From assembly GCA_040954595.2 (NCBI GenBank), contig CM082576.2, positions 2,826,760 to 2,890,759 of the forward strand: 64,000 bases of DNA. Reading direction: 5' to 3'. This document shows positions 52,701 to 64,000 of this stretch, in pieces; positions within the stretch are counted from its first letter, which is position 1, and every line of letters starts with the position of its first letter. Under the pieces are notes generated by a model that saw only the letters and a list, made by a program, of their open reading frames with translations, did no database searches and had not been told where the DNA came from. The stretch is from Balanoglossus misakiensis (taxonomy: Eukaryota; Animalia; Hemichordata). Made by a program: the position numbers and the translations under genes.

Positions 52701-55540
52701 TTTGCTCACGTAAACCAACATCCGGGATACAACTGACCTTCTAACACCAGTTTAATATTCACTAACTATTTAGCAAGTTATTGCCCCTATCTAGTTTTAG
52801 AAGTGGGGCCATGTACCTGCCCCCTCCCCCAACCAGAGTGCAATACAGAGTACAACAGAGCGCGGTAGTTCTCAGAGGATCTCGGAGCTTAGTGTCATGA
52901 ATTCAATGCATATTCATAGTTTCGTTTGTCGCATTGCGCTTTATTTGACCTGGCGTGTGCGGTCAGTGCGCAGGCGTCCGTGTAATTGGTTTTTTTCCGT
53001 ATTAAATTTGGAAGTCCACGTGTATGCGTCCCCGTTTTTTTTTACCCAAGCAGTTGCTGGAAGGAAGGTGGATACGACGCCCAAGTACATGTAAGTTTTG
53101 AACATGTCAATGCGTTAGTAAAAGTTGGTAGTGCGAATCTGAGGGGATATGATGATGGATTTTGATGGTAGCCGCCGTCGTGGATGAATACCGTTCCCTT
53201 TGAACCGGTTGTTCGGGAATTCTCTGTTGAGTCGCGACTTCTCGTGATACGCAGCTTTGAATGAATATACAAACATCACTGTTTCTTCCCTGTCATTAAA
53301 ATTATCGAACGTAATTGTCATTGTAAATATTTCACAAATGGTATTTTGTCGTTTCGTTAATTGCTGACAAAAGATACCAGAGCTTTCTTTTCTGACAATA
53401 AAATATCTTGAAGATCCAAAGTGTCTCTTGGTGGCAAGAAAATTTTCCTCACGCCGTGACACTTAGTAGCAGAAAGTCCATCGATGTCACTATTGCAAGT
53501 GAGCCCTCTGTGGGCAGCCTTTAGAAACCTAGGCTATTATGTACCCTAGAAGAATATTCCATCCACTGTAATAGTACACCTTCTTTCATAGCCTCTTCAG
53601 TTATATGTGTACTGTATAAACCACTACAATTAGTTTGTAAAAATCAGCCACTCGTTCTGTGAAAAAATCACACACCGAATTTTTACTTTGTTATTGTCTA
53701 GAATCATTACGAGAGCTTTTACGGGTAAGCGAGGCCTAAATCAAGCGATGACAGATTTCAGCTCCGCCGTCGAAAGTTAACGTCATTGATCGTATCCGGG
53801 AAACACGTTTTTTCTGGTATATAGTCTTCATCCTCATGACAGGCAATGAAAAATCAATTTGCGCGGCATTACTTAGCAAATGGACCATGTATTCTAAATG
53901 CAAATAATCTACTTTATGGAGGCTCACAGATGTAGATCTTGATAGATTTTGACAGTGCTGTAAAACATATAAAGAGTAAACACAGCTTTTAAGTTTTCCG
54001 GACTCGGACACTGGTGTGTACTAAATCTCTTGTTGGAGACGGATGGACGTTTCATAATATGATGTCCAACCCAATACATTGACGGGCTCTTTACAAGATA
54101 AAGAGCGCCTCCTTGCGTTCAGTATCGTATTCCCACATTGTATTTCTATAATCCACCTGCCACGCCTCCCAAACACCTATGTACCAACAAATACCGTTGG
54201 TGCATACACTACCTCTCCCCTTGAATCAAATTAAAAGCGTGGACTTCGGACAAAAGGATGCGTGCTTCCATTAACAAGCATATTGATCGAATCATAAAAG
54301 AGTCGGTGAAAATTTCAACGGTTGTCGCAATCCTAGTGAAAAAGGTGGAATGATGCCATGTTCATTATTTTGTCTCACGTGATTTTCACGCACGGAATAG
54401 TATGGGTTGAATTGGAATGTGGAGTAATACAAAAGACACGATGCCGTGACAAGAAATTATTTTATCATATCATGTATTCAATGAATTTGTTATTGTGTGC
54501 TTATGTTTGAGTAGAGCCTTTCGCTCCTGCACAAATATTATCCGAACCCAAAATGCATCTTATTCAATGCTCCAAACTACCACCAAGACAGTGTTGCCAT
54601 GGCACTACACGAAATCCCGTTTCTAAATATTTTCTCATGAACACAAACACCTTCTGAAGAAACGCGTTAACCAGCAGCACCGAACTCCCCCGTCACGTTA
54701 ATTGAAATAATTGCTTCCCATGAAATTCAATTTCCACAAAGTATAAATTTCAGCTTGTTTCTACCAGACACCGTGGGTGAATGGAGCGTGACGTAAAACG
54801 CCATTTTGTCGGCAATGAGCTATTTTCAGGCCGGAAGACTTCAGGTAAATCGACGGCGTTCCCGCCATCTTCACACTATGTGCTTTCATCGTCATTATTT
54901 CCCTGTGTGTGTTTTTGTTTCTTAAACATCCGAACACACTCCTTTCAATTTTCCCGTCAACTGTTTCATTGGTACAACATGACAGATGTGACTGCTGAGT
55001 TGACAACTCAGCGTGAGTCCACCGCGGAAAAGAAAACACGCGTCTACAGATCTTTCTTATTCATTTCCTTAAACATGGGCGGCCGTCCTATCGAATTGAC
55101 AGGAAGCGTATTGTCGTGATTACATGACAGTTAGTTTAAAGGGTTATGGTTCGCGAGAGTACGTTCACTTCGATTGATAGTCTGCCTGTTTGAATAAAAA
55201 TGGACATTTTAAGCGATCACCGATATCAATTGGATTATCGGGTGTACTGCAGGAAAAAATATCTTGGAGGTCAGAGGTTACGTGATTGTGAAATAGAAAT
55301 GCCTCAAGTGTCGTTCGTATATCGTTACATAGAGACATGAACGACCCTCAGAATCATCCAATGTGATGTTTAAAAATACCCACGATAATGTTATTTTTGA
55401 TACAAGCGCCCTCAACAGCTGGCATGGGGTTCTCAAAACTTAAGTAGATTACTTGCGTCATTCAAGAAGTTCCAGGGTAGATATTGAGATAAATATGACG
55501 CGTCTGTTACTCATGTGGCAAGTCAAAGCATACATAGCTT

Positions 55541-55641
55541 AAATAAATAAATAAATAATGGATGGATGGATTGATGGATTAACGAATGAATGAATGAATG
55601 AAAGAACGAACGAACGAACGAACGAATGAATGAATGAATGA
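55541..55641 (+). repeat. Compound tetranucleotide tract (AAAT)(GGAT)(GAAT)(GAAC)(GAAT)
   Basis: Read directly; neighbouring units differ by one or two bases. Confidence 0.9.
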
Positions 55642-58600
55642 TAAATCGGACATTCTACATCTCTCCATCATGCTTGAACGCTGGTCATGTTCAACGGCCA
55701 TGTGTGCACTACTACGTGACAACAAGCAACCGGAGGCAAGGATCGAGGTAGGAAATAATGTGGCACTGACGAAAGAAAGTCACCGTAAGGATGTGTAAAT
55801 CGGAGAGTAAGCATCGACTACTTCACTGGAATGGAGCCATTTTACAGCAATTGACGGCGAATTCATTCCCAATTCAGCAGTCTATTAACGTAGTCAAATA
55901 ATTTCTGTATTGTTGAATTCTGAGCGAAATCATTGAGAGTGTACAAAGGCCTTACGGCGAGTTGCCATTTCCGTCATTAAAACCTCTCAGCTTTAGTTTT
56001 GTCTCAATAGCATAAAAATCCCATTTTGTTCACCAGGAGCTAAAAGGATTAAACGCCTGTCTTTTAATTGGCGTTTGAATGCGCGGAAACGGTCGGCAGC
56101 TTTCTTTCTCTGTCGCGGGGTCACCCCGGTGAGTCGCGACAACTGCTAGCGCAGCTTAAATGTGTCGTGACACGAGAGTGGGAAACAGAGTTCTCTCACA
56201 AAAATGTTAATGACTGCATTGCCCGCTGGTTGGAAGATTTACCTTCTGATGGAAGGCAAAAAAAATGTTGGAAGTAGGGCGGGCGGAGGGGGGGGGGTGC
56301 TCCGTTCCAATAACCAGACCATTAGTATCAAAGCACCCCAAAAGCATACTATCTACAGCATCAGAACACAATCACAAGAAAATGATAACAGATTTCCGTG
56401 ATCCCTGCATTTTACACGACGCTAAACTGAGAGATTTCATGCTTTGTTTGGTATCACCATGGCAACATGTCTTGAAGATCTTAAACGATTTGGCAGAACG
56501 TCAGTGAAGGTCTCCGCTATCGTGTTTCCGTGTTAGTCAATTAATATTCATTTTCTGACAGAAAACAACCCTGGCATGAAAAATCTGTTAATGGGATCGG
56601 TAAATGTCCTTTCTATATAGTCTCGCTTTCAGGGTTATCTATAGCAGCAGCAAATGTACACAACGTCGGTTGGCACATTCAAAGGCGCGTTAAATCGTCT
56701 TTACGAAAGTTGCACTTAAGTCTATAAAAGGACAGGTGTACTATTTTTTTTTTCAAAGGCATGTGAACAATGTCGGCAATGACTTACATTATAGTTGAAC
56801 TATGTGGTTTACGGAATGATGTTTATACACTGACAATTGATTATCAGAGATTAAATTTATCTATATTATTATTCTTAGCACAATCAGACAGAAATCCACC
56901 GCAGGGTACAGTACTATAACGAATGCATGCCATTTAGTCTTTAATATGGAGGTTAAACTGAACTATACATTTTCGACAACTGCCATTCAGGGCTTAGTCA
57001 GTAGAAAATGTTTGTGCAGACATTATCACTATTGGGTGTACTTTGAACCAAAGTGCCAAGCGAAGTGTTTGGCAGTTTGTACTGCAAACCCTTGTACACC
57101 ACGGCAAAAGACAGAATAAATGTGCGTTTTATGAGGAGTACATGAACCTTGTCCTAATTTCGGTCTCGTCCGGGCGTCTTTGAATTTTATAACTGGCGCA
57201 CCTAGTTTTCGCTGCCCCATCTATTGATTAAGCTGTTCGATTTGTTGACTAACTTAATTGAAAACCTGTAATTCTGTCCCGCGAGAATGTTGATTCTTCA
57301 TAAAGGACCCCCTTTACACCAATTATTTATGATGCCATGATGACGTTCATTGAAATGATCCATAAATAAAACAGGACCATCGTGGGATGAGAAAACGTCG
57401 ATGTGTTTGGGGAATCGAATTCAATTTCAGGTCGAGGTCTAAATTTGTCACTTTTTTCGTGTTGAAATCATAAATCAGCGATTTCACATTGCGATATTGT
57501 ACACGCAGGGAGTGCTGCGGAACTAGATCAATGGGAAAATTACGGTCATTCCCAAATTATCATTAAGGCAAAAAATCAAGGTGCTTCGTTTCACTTTGAT
57601 AATTAACCTTCCAAATCAGACTTTGTGAATAATGACATTCATTTTATTAATCATTATTACGACTATTCAGCTCGTCTGATGATAAATGAGTTTCTGTTCA
57701 GATTAATGCTCTCAAACATGAAAAACTAGCGCCAGTGTTGGCCCATTAAGGACGTCGTTATAACTTGGAGGCCATTTGATTGCTGTGAAAACTTGAAGTA
57801 TAAAAATTAAAATATGGATGGAAATTTGTTTGAACTTCTAATAGTTACACGGGGAAAATGAACAAACTCACATTTTTCATAAAAATGTATTTGATAGAGA
57901 CTCGTTAAAACGAACCCTGCACGTAAATATATCGCTAAAATAATAAAGTGATTTAATTGTGTGTGTTACGATATTTTATTGGCGATTTGATGGCCTCAAC
58001 AATGATTTCGTATGTTTTTCAACTAAAGAAAATGATACCCTTGACCGGCCAATGTTGAATATTTTGTAAGCATTGCGGATCAAATGTGAATTCGCTTAGT
58101 TCAAATGATAATGACGAGTAAAAGCGTCTTTTGTCGACTTCAGGAAAAAATCCCGGGTGGTAGGACAAAATGTAGGCTTCCACTTATCTGTTTTCTTTCA
58201 ATAGAAAAAAAAGAGGGAAAACCGGCGCCTGGGAAAGTGAGGATGTCAAACCCTTTTAATAAAAAGCGATTCAAACTCGGCGTGATCGCCGAGAACAATC
58301 GACGTATTACCCAAGTTGTCGGCTGATGCGATTGCTTTAGGACACACTAACATTTCAAAAAAGCGGGAAAGGTGTCAGTACAGTCCAGGATGCGTGCACG
58401 CTAGAACCCGCACAGATTAGAAGACATTATGTTCCAGATACTGAAATCCAATGTTCGTGGCTTAATGTCACTTTGCACAGGTCTGGTTTTCTCCGATTAT
58501 ACGGCCATGGCAGGTTGAAATTAAGTACACTTCAAAGAAACGGGACGGCACGAAAAAACATCAACATCATCTGCCGATAACCAAATCCAGGGGGCGGTAC

Positions 58601-61600
58601 AAAGCCGTCATGTAACCGTTCAAGCGACAGAAGCCGTTCATCGACTTATAAATATTGCAAATTTTAATCCGTCTGTCAGCCATCTGAGTGCATTAGAAGC
58701 CAATCCGGTTCAAGTAAAATAAACGACAGTACAGATCGGTGTTCCCATTTGTCAGATTGAAATGACCGAGTCAAACTTGCGTACATTGTACTTTGGTAAA
58801 AATCGAGTATCATTCCACAATATATATTCATGGCTTTGAGTTTCAAACTAAATTTCACTCGCCAAAAGATGTGTTACTAACTCCTTGTTGCTTCACTTGT
58901 ACATTGGAATGTACAGCTCTAAATAATGAATTTTAGAGATATGGTGGTATTCAACACGATACCTCCATAGAGCGATGTACAATGTGATGTAAACAGTACC
59001 CAGGGGAGGACTGGTCGAGGTATGATTGCAAAAGCAGTTACGTAAAAAAAAACAGGTCAGGCTTCGGGGAAGACAGTTAAACTTTGAAATTATTGTCTAA
59101 CGTTTTCTTCTCTATAGTCCCAAAGGAGTAGACGTGCCAAAACAGTTTATATTTCTAAAAGTGTAATTTTCGAGGAGTGTGAGTTAAACTGGATATCGTC
59201 GGAAAGATAAAATGCATAAAGATGCCGCTACTTGCCTTCAATATATGAAAGTATGAAATGAATTAAAGTACTTTTTATATAAATATCGTTCCCCAAGCTA
59301 TCGTACGCTATCTTTCTTGGTGCACTTATCTCGGGTATTAATAATTTAAGATCTGGCCCGTCGGTATGATTAAGCAGAATATAAACTGAATACATTTCGA
59401 TTTATGAAATTTCCATGCCCGGATCAATTACAAATCCTTTACGACATCTTAATCAGAGTAGGCATCTCACAAAATGCGAATTTCTATCTCATAATGGTTT
59501 CTATTTTAAACTTGTATCATTTGTTTCTTATAGAAGAAACCATTGCCAGAAGCATTACGTTTTTGCTAACAAATACCATACAGTGTCTATACAACGTCCG
59601 ACGGTCCTGTGTGTAGATTCCGTTCTTCTTAATCAGGCGTTCAGTTCAAATCATTCCTCTATAGTGGTCACCGTACCGCGTTATTTGACTCGCTTCTGCG
59701 ATCATTTCCAGGGTAAAGATTAAGATTGTCAGTTCGACCCTTCACCTTCCATTTATATGTGTCCCGCACAATCGACTTCAAATCTGTGGATTAGAAGCAG
59801 ATTGCAATTCCGATTCTCGCCACTCAAGGATATCGCTCGACTTCAGATCAAGTGCTCGCTCCTGTGCAGGCTTCTTTTGCTCTGACATGTACACCGTATC
59901 TGATATCAGAGCCGGCATATTGACACTTGAAATACCAAATATGACGTGGCCACTCTAGCTGCATAGAACGCTGTTCAGAGCTAAGAGGCAGATGTGTTCT
60001 CACGGCAGATCACATTGATGCCCCGAAACCTGTTCCGTTGTATCAGTGGCGAATATCTTGTAGCACTCTTCAGCCGATCCACATCAAAGGAAACGTTGAT
60101 GAACATTTTATTAATTCTTTATTACAATGTCCCGTCTCATTTCACACTTGTTTGGGTCGATTGCAAAGCTGTAAACCGACGCCATTTTGAAATATAATCA
60201 CGTCCAAAAGGAATACACAGATTTTTCCAGAAAGGTGCTCGATTTTGTTGACCGGAAAGAAGGGGTCACTCTTCTCCCCAGACGTTCGACTGTTGGGGTC
60301 ACTCCGGGGCACACGATACCTAGCCGAGCTGATGCAAAGCAGCGTTCATCAAAAGGTTATTTTCCCCAGACGCACTGTCAAAGGCGGAATAAAAGGCTCG
60401 GCGTAATAGCAACAGGGGGTGTGCGTTCACCCAACACTTGGTGCCAGGAAGTCTGCAAAGGAAAAGGGCAAGATTTGTCAATTTCACTCCCACCGGTTAT
60501 ACGGCTTAAACCGTCGTCTGTTGACGTTACTTGTTCCTTTAGTTTAGAATTGAGCATGCTGTTCTAGTTACTCAGAACTGTTACAGGTCACAAAAACGAC
60601 AGACATGCCGTTTGGAAGTCTTCAAATATGCAGTAGCTGATGCCGTTTTCTCCAACCTTTTCATTCATGTTTTAACAACAGGTTTCTCAATGCATCTTGT
60701 ATTGTATACAAAGGACCTGTCTTGAAAAATCGAATAACAGGTGGTCTTTAGGGTGTGCATACATGTACTTTAAACATTCGAAAATAGCAAACGTTAAACG
60801 TGTATGTATATTCTTCAATACTGAATCAAAATATGTTTGATATCACAGTGCATACGAACATGCATGCATACATACAGCATATACATTTGGTATCATACAT
60901 ACTTATTCTGCTGCCCGAAGTGCAATAATGCAAGCAGTTATTAATGTGGACAGCAAGTTTAATAATGACTGTCTTGCTATTTCCACATTTCGTGCATATT
61001 TTTAATCAGAACGTGTTAGATATTCTTTCGGTAACCTCTGTAATTTTGTCTACTACATGTTGCAATATGAGAGTTTGCATCGTCAGGATGAAACTCAGAA
61101 ACGGCTTAATCTTTTCATTCTAAAATTCGCGTATGCAAGTTTGCACAAAAACAGCGGTATCCACCAAATGTTTTTCATGAATATATACTCCAGTAAATCA
61201 AATTTTTCCACGACAAGGTATTGGCACATGTTTAAATGCCGCTATATTGGTTGCGTTGGTAACGCTGTCACCAACGTCACTCGCGCGCGACCCCGACACT
61301 GCCTGTATACGTGGGATTATTGGCATGATCAAAATTTCTGTCACGTAAGAACGTTTCATCATTGCATCATTGTTCTGACAAAACTGCAGGCACAGTGGTT
61401 ACCGCATGTCCCTGCCAACGATTCATCTTATTTCGGCAACCATAATAATGGCAGCATAAAATAGTTTCCGGAGTGAAGCAAATATGATGAACATACAGCA
61501 ACCACGACGATTGTGTGCCCAAGGCCAGACAAGAGTCCCCCCTGAAATTGCTTTATATAAAAGGGAAAAATCTCAGTCTGTTTTCAACGGAACGACGAGA

Positions 61601-64000
61601 TATAGTTTTTTAATTGAGACGGATTTCTTACTGTTGTTTTTTTTAGTTTAAAATGGCTTCAGACAGATGTAGACATTGTGGCTGATGACCGGAATATCAT
61701 AGCTTGATGGACTGTCTTTTTCTCTTCTTAAAATGCAATCCCTTAATGTCACAGGCGCCACTTACAGTGGAAGATTGTCTCCACCTGTGAACATGAACAG
61801 CACTCTTCATGCAAAATTTGGAAAGTGCGCCAACAAAACTCTACTGCCTACATGTAACTGTGACAGTTTGATAGATTTGTTAACATATCAGGAGTGTGAC
61901 TATACATACAGCAAGGGGAGACTATTTCCTATATCCTACACACGGTTTGCGCATATATCCGATGCGACTCATATTCGAAACATAAACCGGTCGTTTAAGG
62001 CGAAATGCCGGGTAATCCGAATTGCGATTGGTTCATAAAACAGATCCCGGGGTACGAAGCCGGATTATGAACTAACGCCATTCTGAGATGAATTGAAATG
62101 TGATGTGCTACGCTGGAAGGATGTACGCCGAATAAAAAATTGAACAGCAACATTTACCGCCGCTTGTCTTCGGTGGAACACTGTAGTAATATTATGGAAA
62201 AAGGTAAAAATCCCCCCGGGCAATCAGACGGAGTATTCACATACAATCGCGATACAAATAACGTCATAAATAACTGTCGTCTTGCAAATGTACACGCGTA
62301 GATGAAATTGCAAGTCGAATAATTTTATTTGAGTGTTCTTCAAAAAGCAGACTATTTTGAAAGAGACTGAGCATTTACGTGAACGCATCATCTTATAATG
62401 CCAAGACGGCGAAGAATGGTGTGTTCGAACACCGACATTCAAGGCATCATCGCGCCGTCGAGAATGAAGTCCCGCGATGACTTAGCATTCAACACGCCAC
62501 ATTTAATTGCAAACTCAAATCGACTGGAATGACACCATATTAATGACATCGAGTTAAGTCGCCGTTTAAGAACCAACATCTGAAGACTACAGATTACCAG
62601 TCACAGGTGCCGATGATAACTGTATTAAAGTTTCATCATTTCTCAGCGGGGCCACGTGACTAATGCACTGTTCTGCGCCACCGGTTTCCAAGTCGACGAC
62701 TGCGGGTTTTTTCTTGCATTGTAAACTTGCAATGCGAGGTTAGCAGGATGAGCTCAAGTGTTTTGTTTGGACGATTTCTCATGCGAACGTGGGTTCGATG
62801 GTGTCCCCTGGCGGAAACCCAACTATAACTCTGTTTTGAAAGCCAAAGGATCAAAAACGTCCTGCGCATCGCAAGTTTCCCCATTCTTCTTCTGCTCAAA
62901 AAGCCGCAACCAGGCAAGGCAAGCCAGGAACTTCATGTCAAAAGTAATGCGACAATACTGAAACACTTAACACTAAGACGTGCTAGATTGTGAATACACG
63001 AGATGCAATTACACAGAAAATGTAATTAAAACCGTCCCTGACGGATTTTCAAGCCTTGATGTGTAAAAAGAGGGCCTCGTTTGTACGATCTCCAAGATAT
63101 TACGGCAAAATTGAGTGACAGAACTTTTAATGTGGTCAATTTATTTTAATTAGTGACCGGTATTGATTGCAGCACAATCGGGACTCACTCCGGCCCGTCA
63201 AATTTGTTCCGAAAATGTCTGCAATTAAACAATCACGCGTGGAACGTTTTATTAAATGAAGTGAGATATGGACACGAATCAGAACCTTCAGTTCAAGGAC
63301 TGTGTTCCTGTCAGTTTCTCAGAATAAAACGACTGTGACAAAACAAGATCAGATTTTACACCTAGCCATCGCGGGTAGCTTTCGTGATCATCTTTTTTCG
63401 CGAGTGATCAACAGACGGGCAATACGGTAAAACGCCGATGAATCATTGACAAAAAAATGACATGTGATTTCCCAATAAAAGTTTCAATAAAAGCATCTAA
63501 TGGGCACAGTTGGTTTTCGAATGACGCCTACAGTGATTGATTGCACATTATCTTTCAATGTCACACGAGACAGTTATGGAAAAAAAAATCAACAAAACAG
63601 GTCATCATGGATGACACAGACCCTGCCGGTATCTGGAATCAGCTGAATTAACGTCACTGCGAGGCCGAGAAATGGAGATCAATCACAGGGCCAAATTGGG
63701 AAAGAAATCGGAGGAACTTAATCATCACTGTGTAATATGTCCTGTCAAACATCTTGGGTTTTCTACAGATCCACTGGTTACCTTCGGTTAAACATCTTCG
63801 AAGTTAAAACACTTTTCCTACTCGACTCACAGTCACTTCGTCACGTGCACTCGCACCATAGCTGTGGATAGCGTTCTAAGTGGAAAGCTTGAAGTAAGGT
63901 GAAATTCTCGGGGCATCACCTGCGTTCTGCATTCAATTTGCAAGATTATGTATAGAGAATAACTGCATTTGGTGACAGAGATGTGACGAAGTTGCCGGGC

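Noticed and set aside
452-56915. TACAGTA/TACTGTA Sleeping Beauty-type footprints and CACGTG E-boxes
   Set aside because: Counts by eye are close to naive random expectation.

Overview
Eukaryotic, almost entirely non-coding DNA. GC is roughly 40% by eye, CpG is not obviously depleted, microsatellites are frequent and the palindrome TACATGTA is strongly over-represented. This fits a marine invertebrate genome, possibly an invertebrate deuterostome such as a hemichordate (inference only). No ORF in the six-frame track resembles a protein family I recognise, and I found no tRNA, rRNA, known miRNA, CRISPR array or intact transposase/RT. The best-supported feature is a 558-bp solo LTR (4168-4725) with TGTTACG...CGTAACA ends, an ACGA target-site duplication, a TATA box and an internal ~17-bp minisatellite. 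A LINE-like 3' tail sits at ~49.0-49.16 kb. The left 14.5 kb carries good minus-strand splice signals: several candidate alternative first exons with promoter motifs, and three exons (12388-12254, 9171-9135, 6027-5860) that join into one continuous unidentified ORF. The rest looks like a large regulatory intron or intergenic region with octamer (POU), X-box (RFX), CRE, CCAAT and CTCF-like sites. I cannot support a claim of a new biological system. The leads worth testing are the unidentified spliced minus-strand gene, a possible LTR-driven antisense transcript, and the TACATGTA excess as possible Tc1-type excision footprints.
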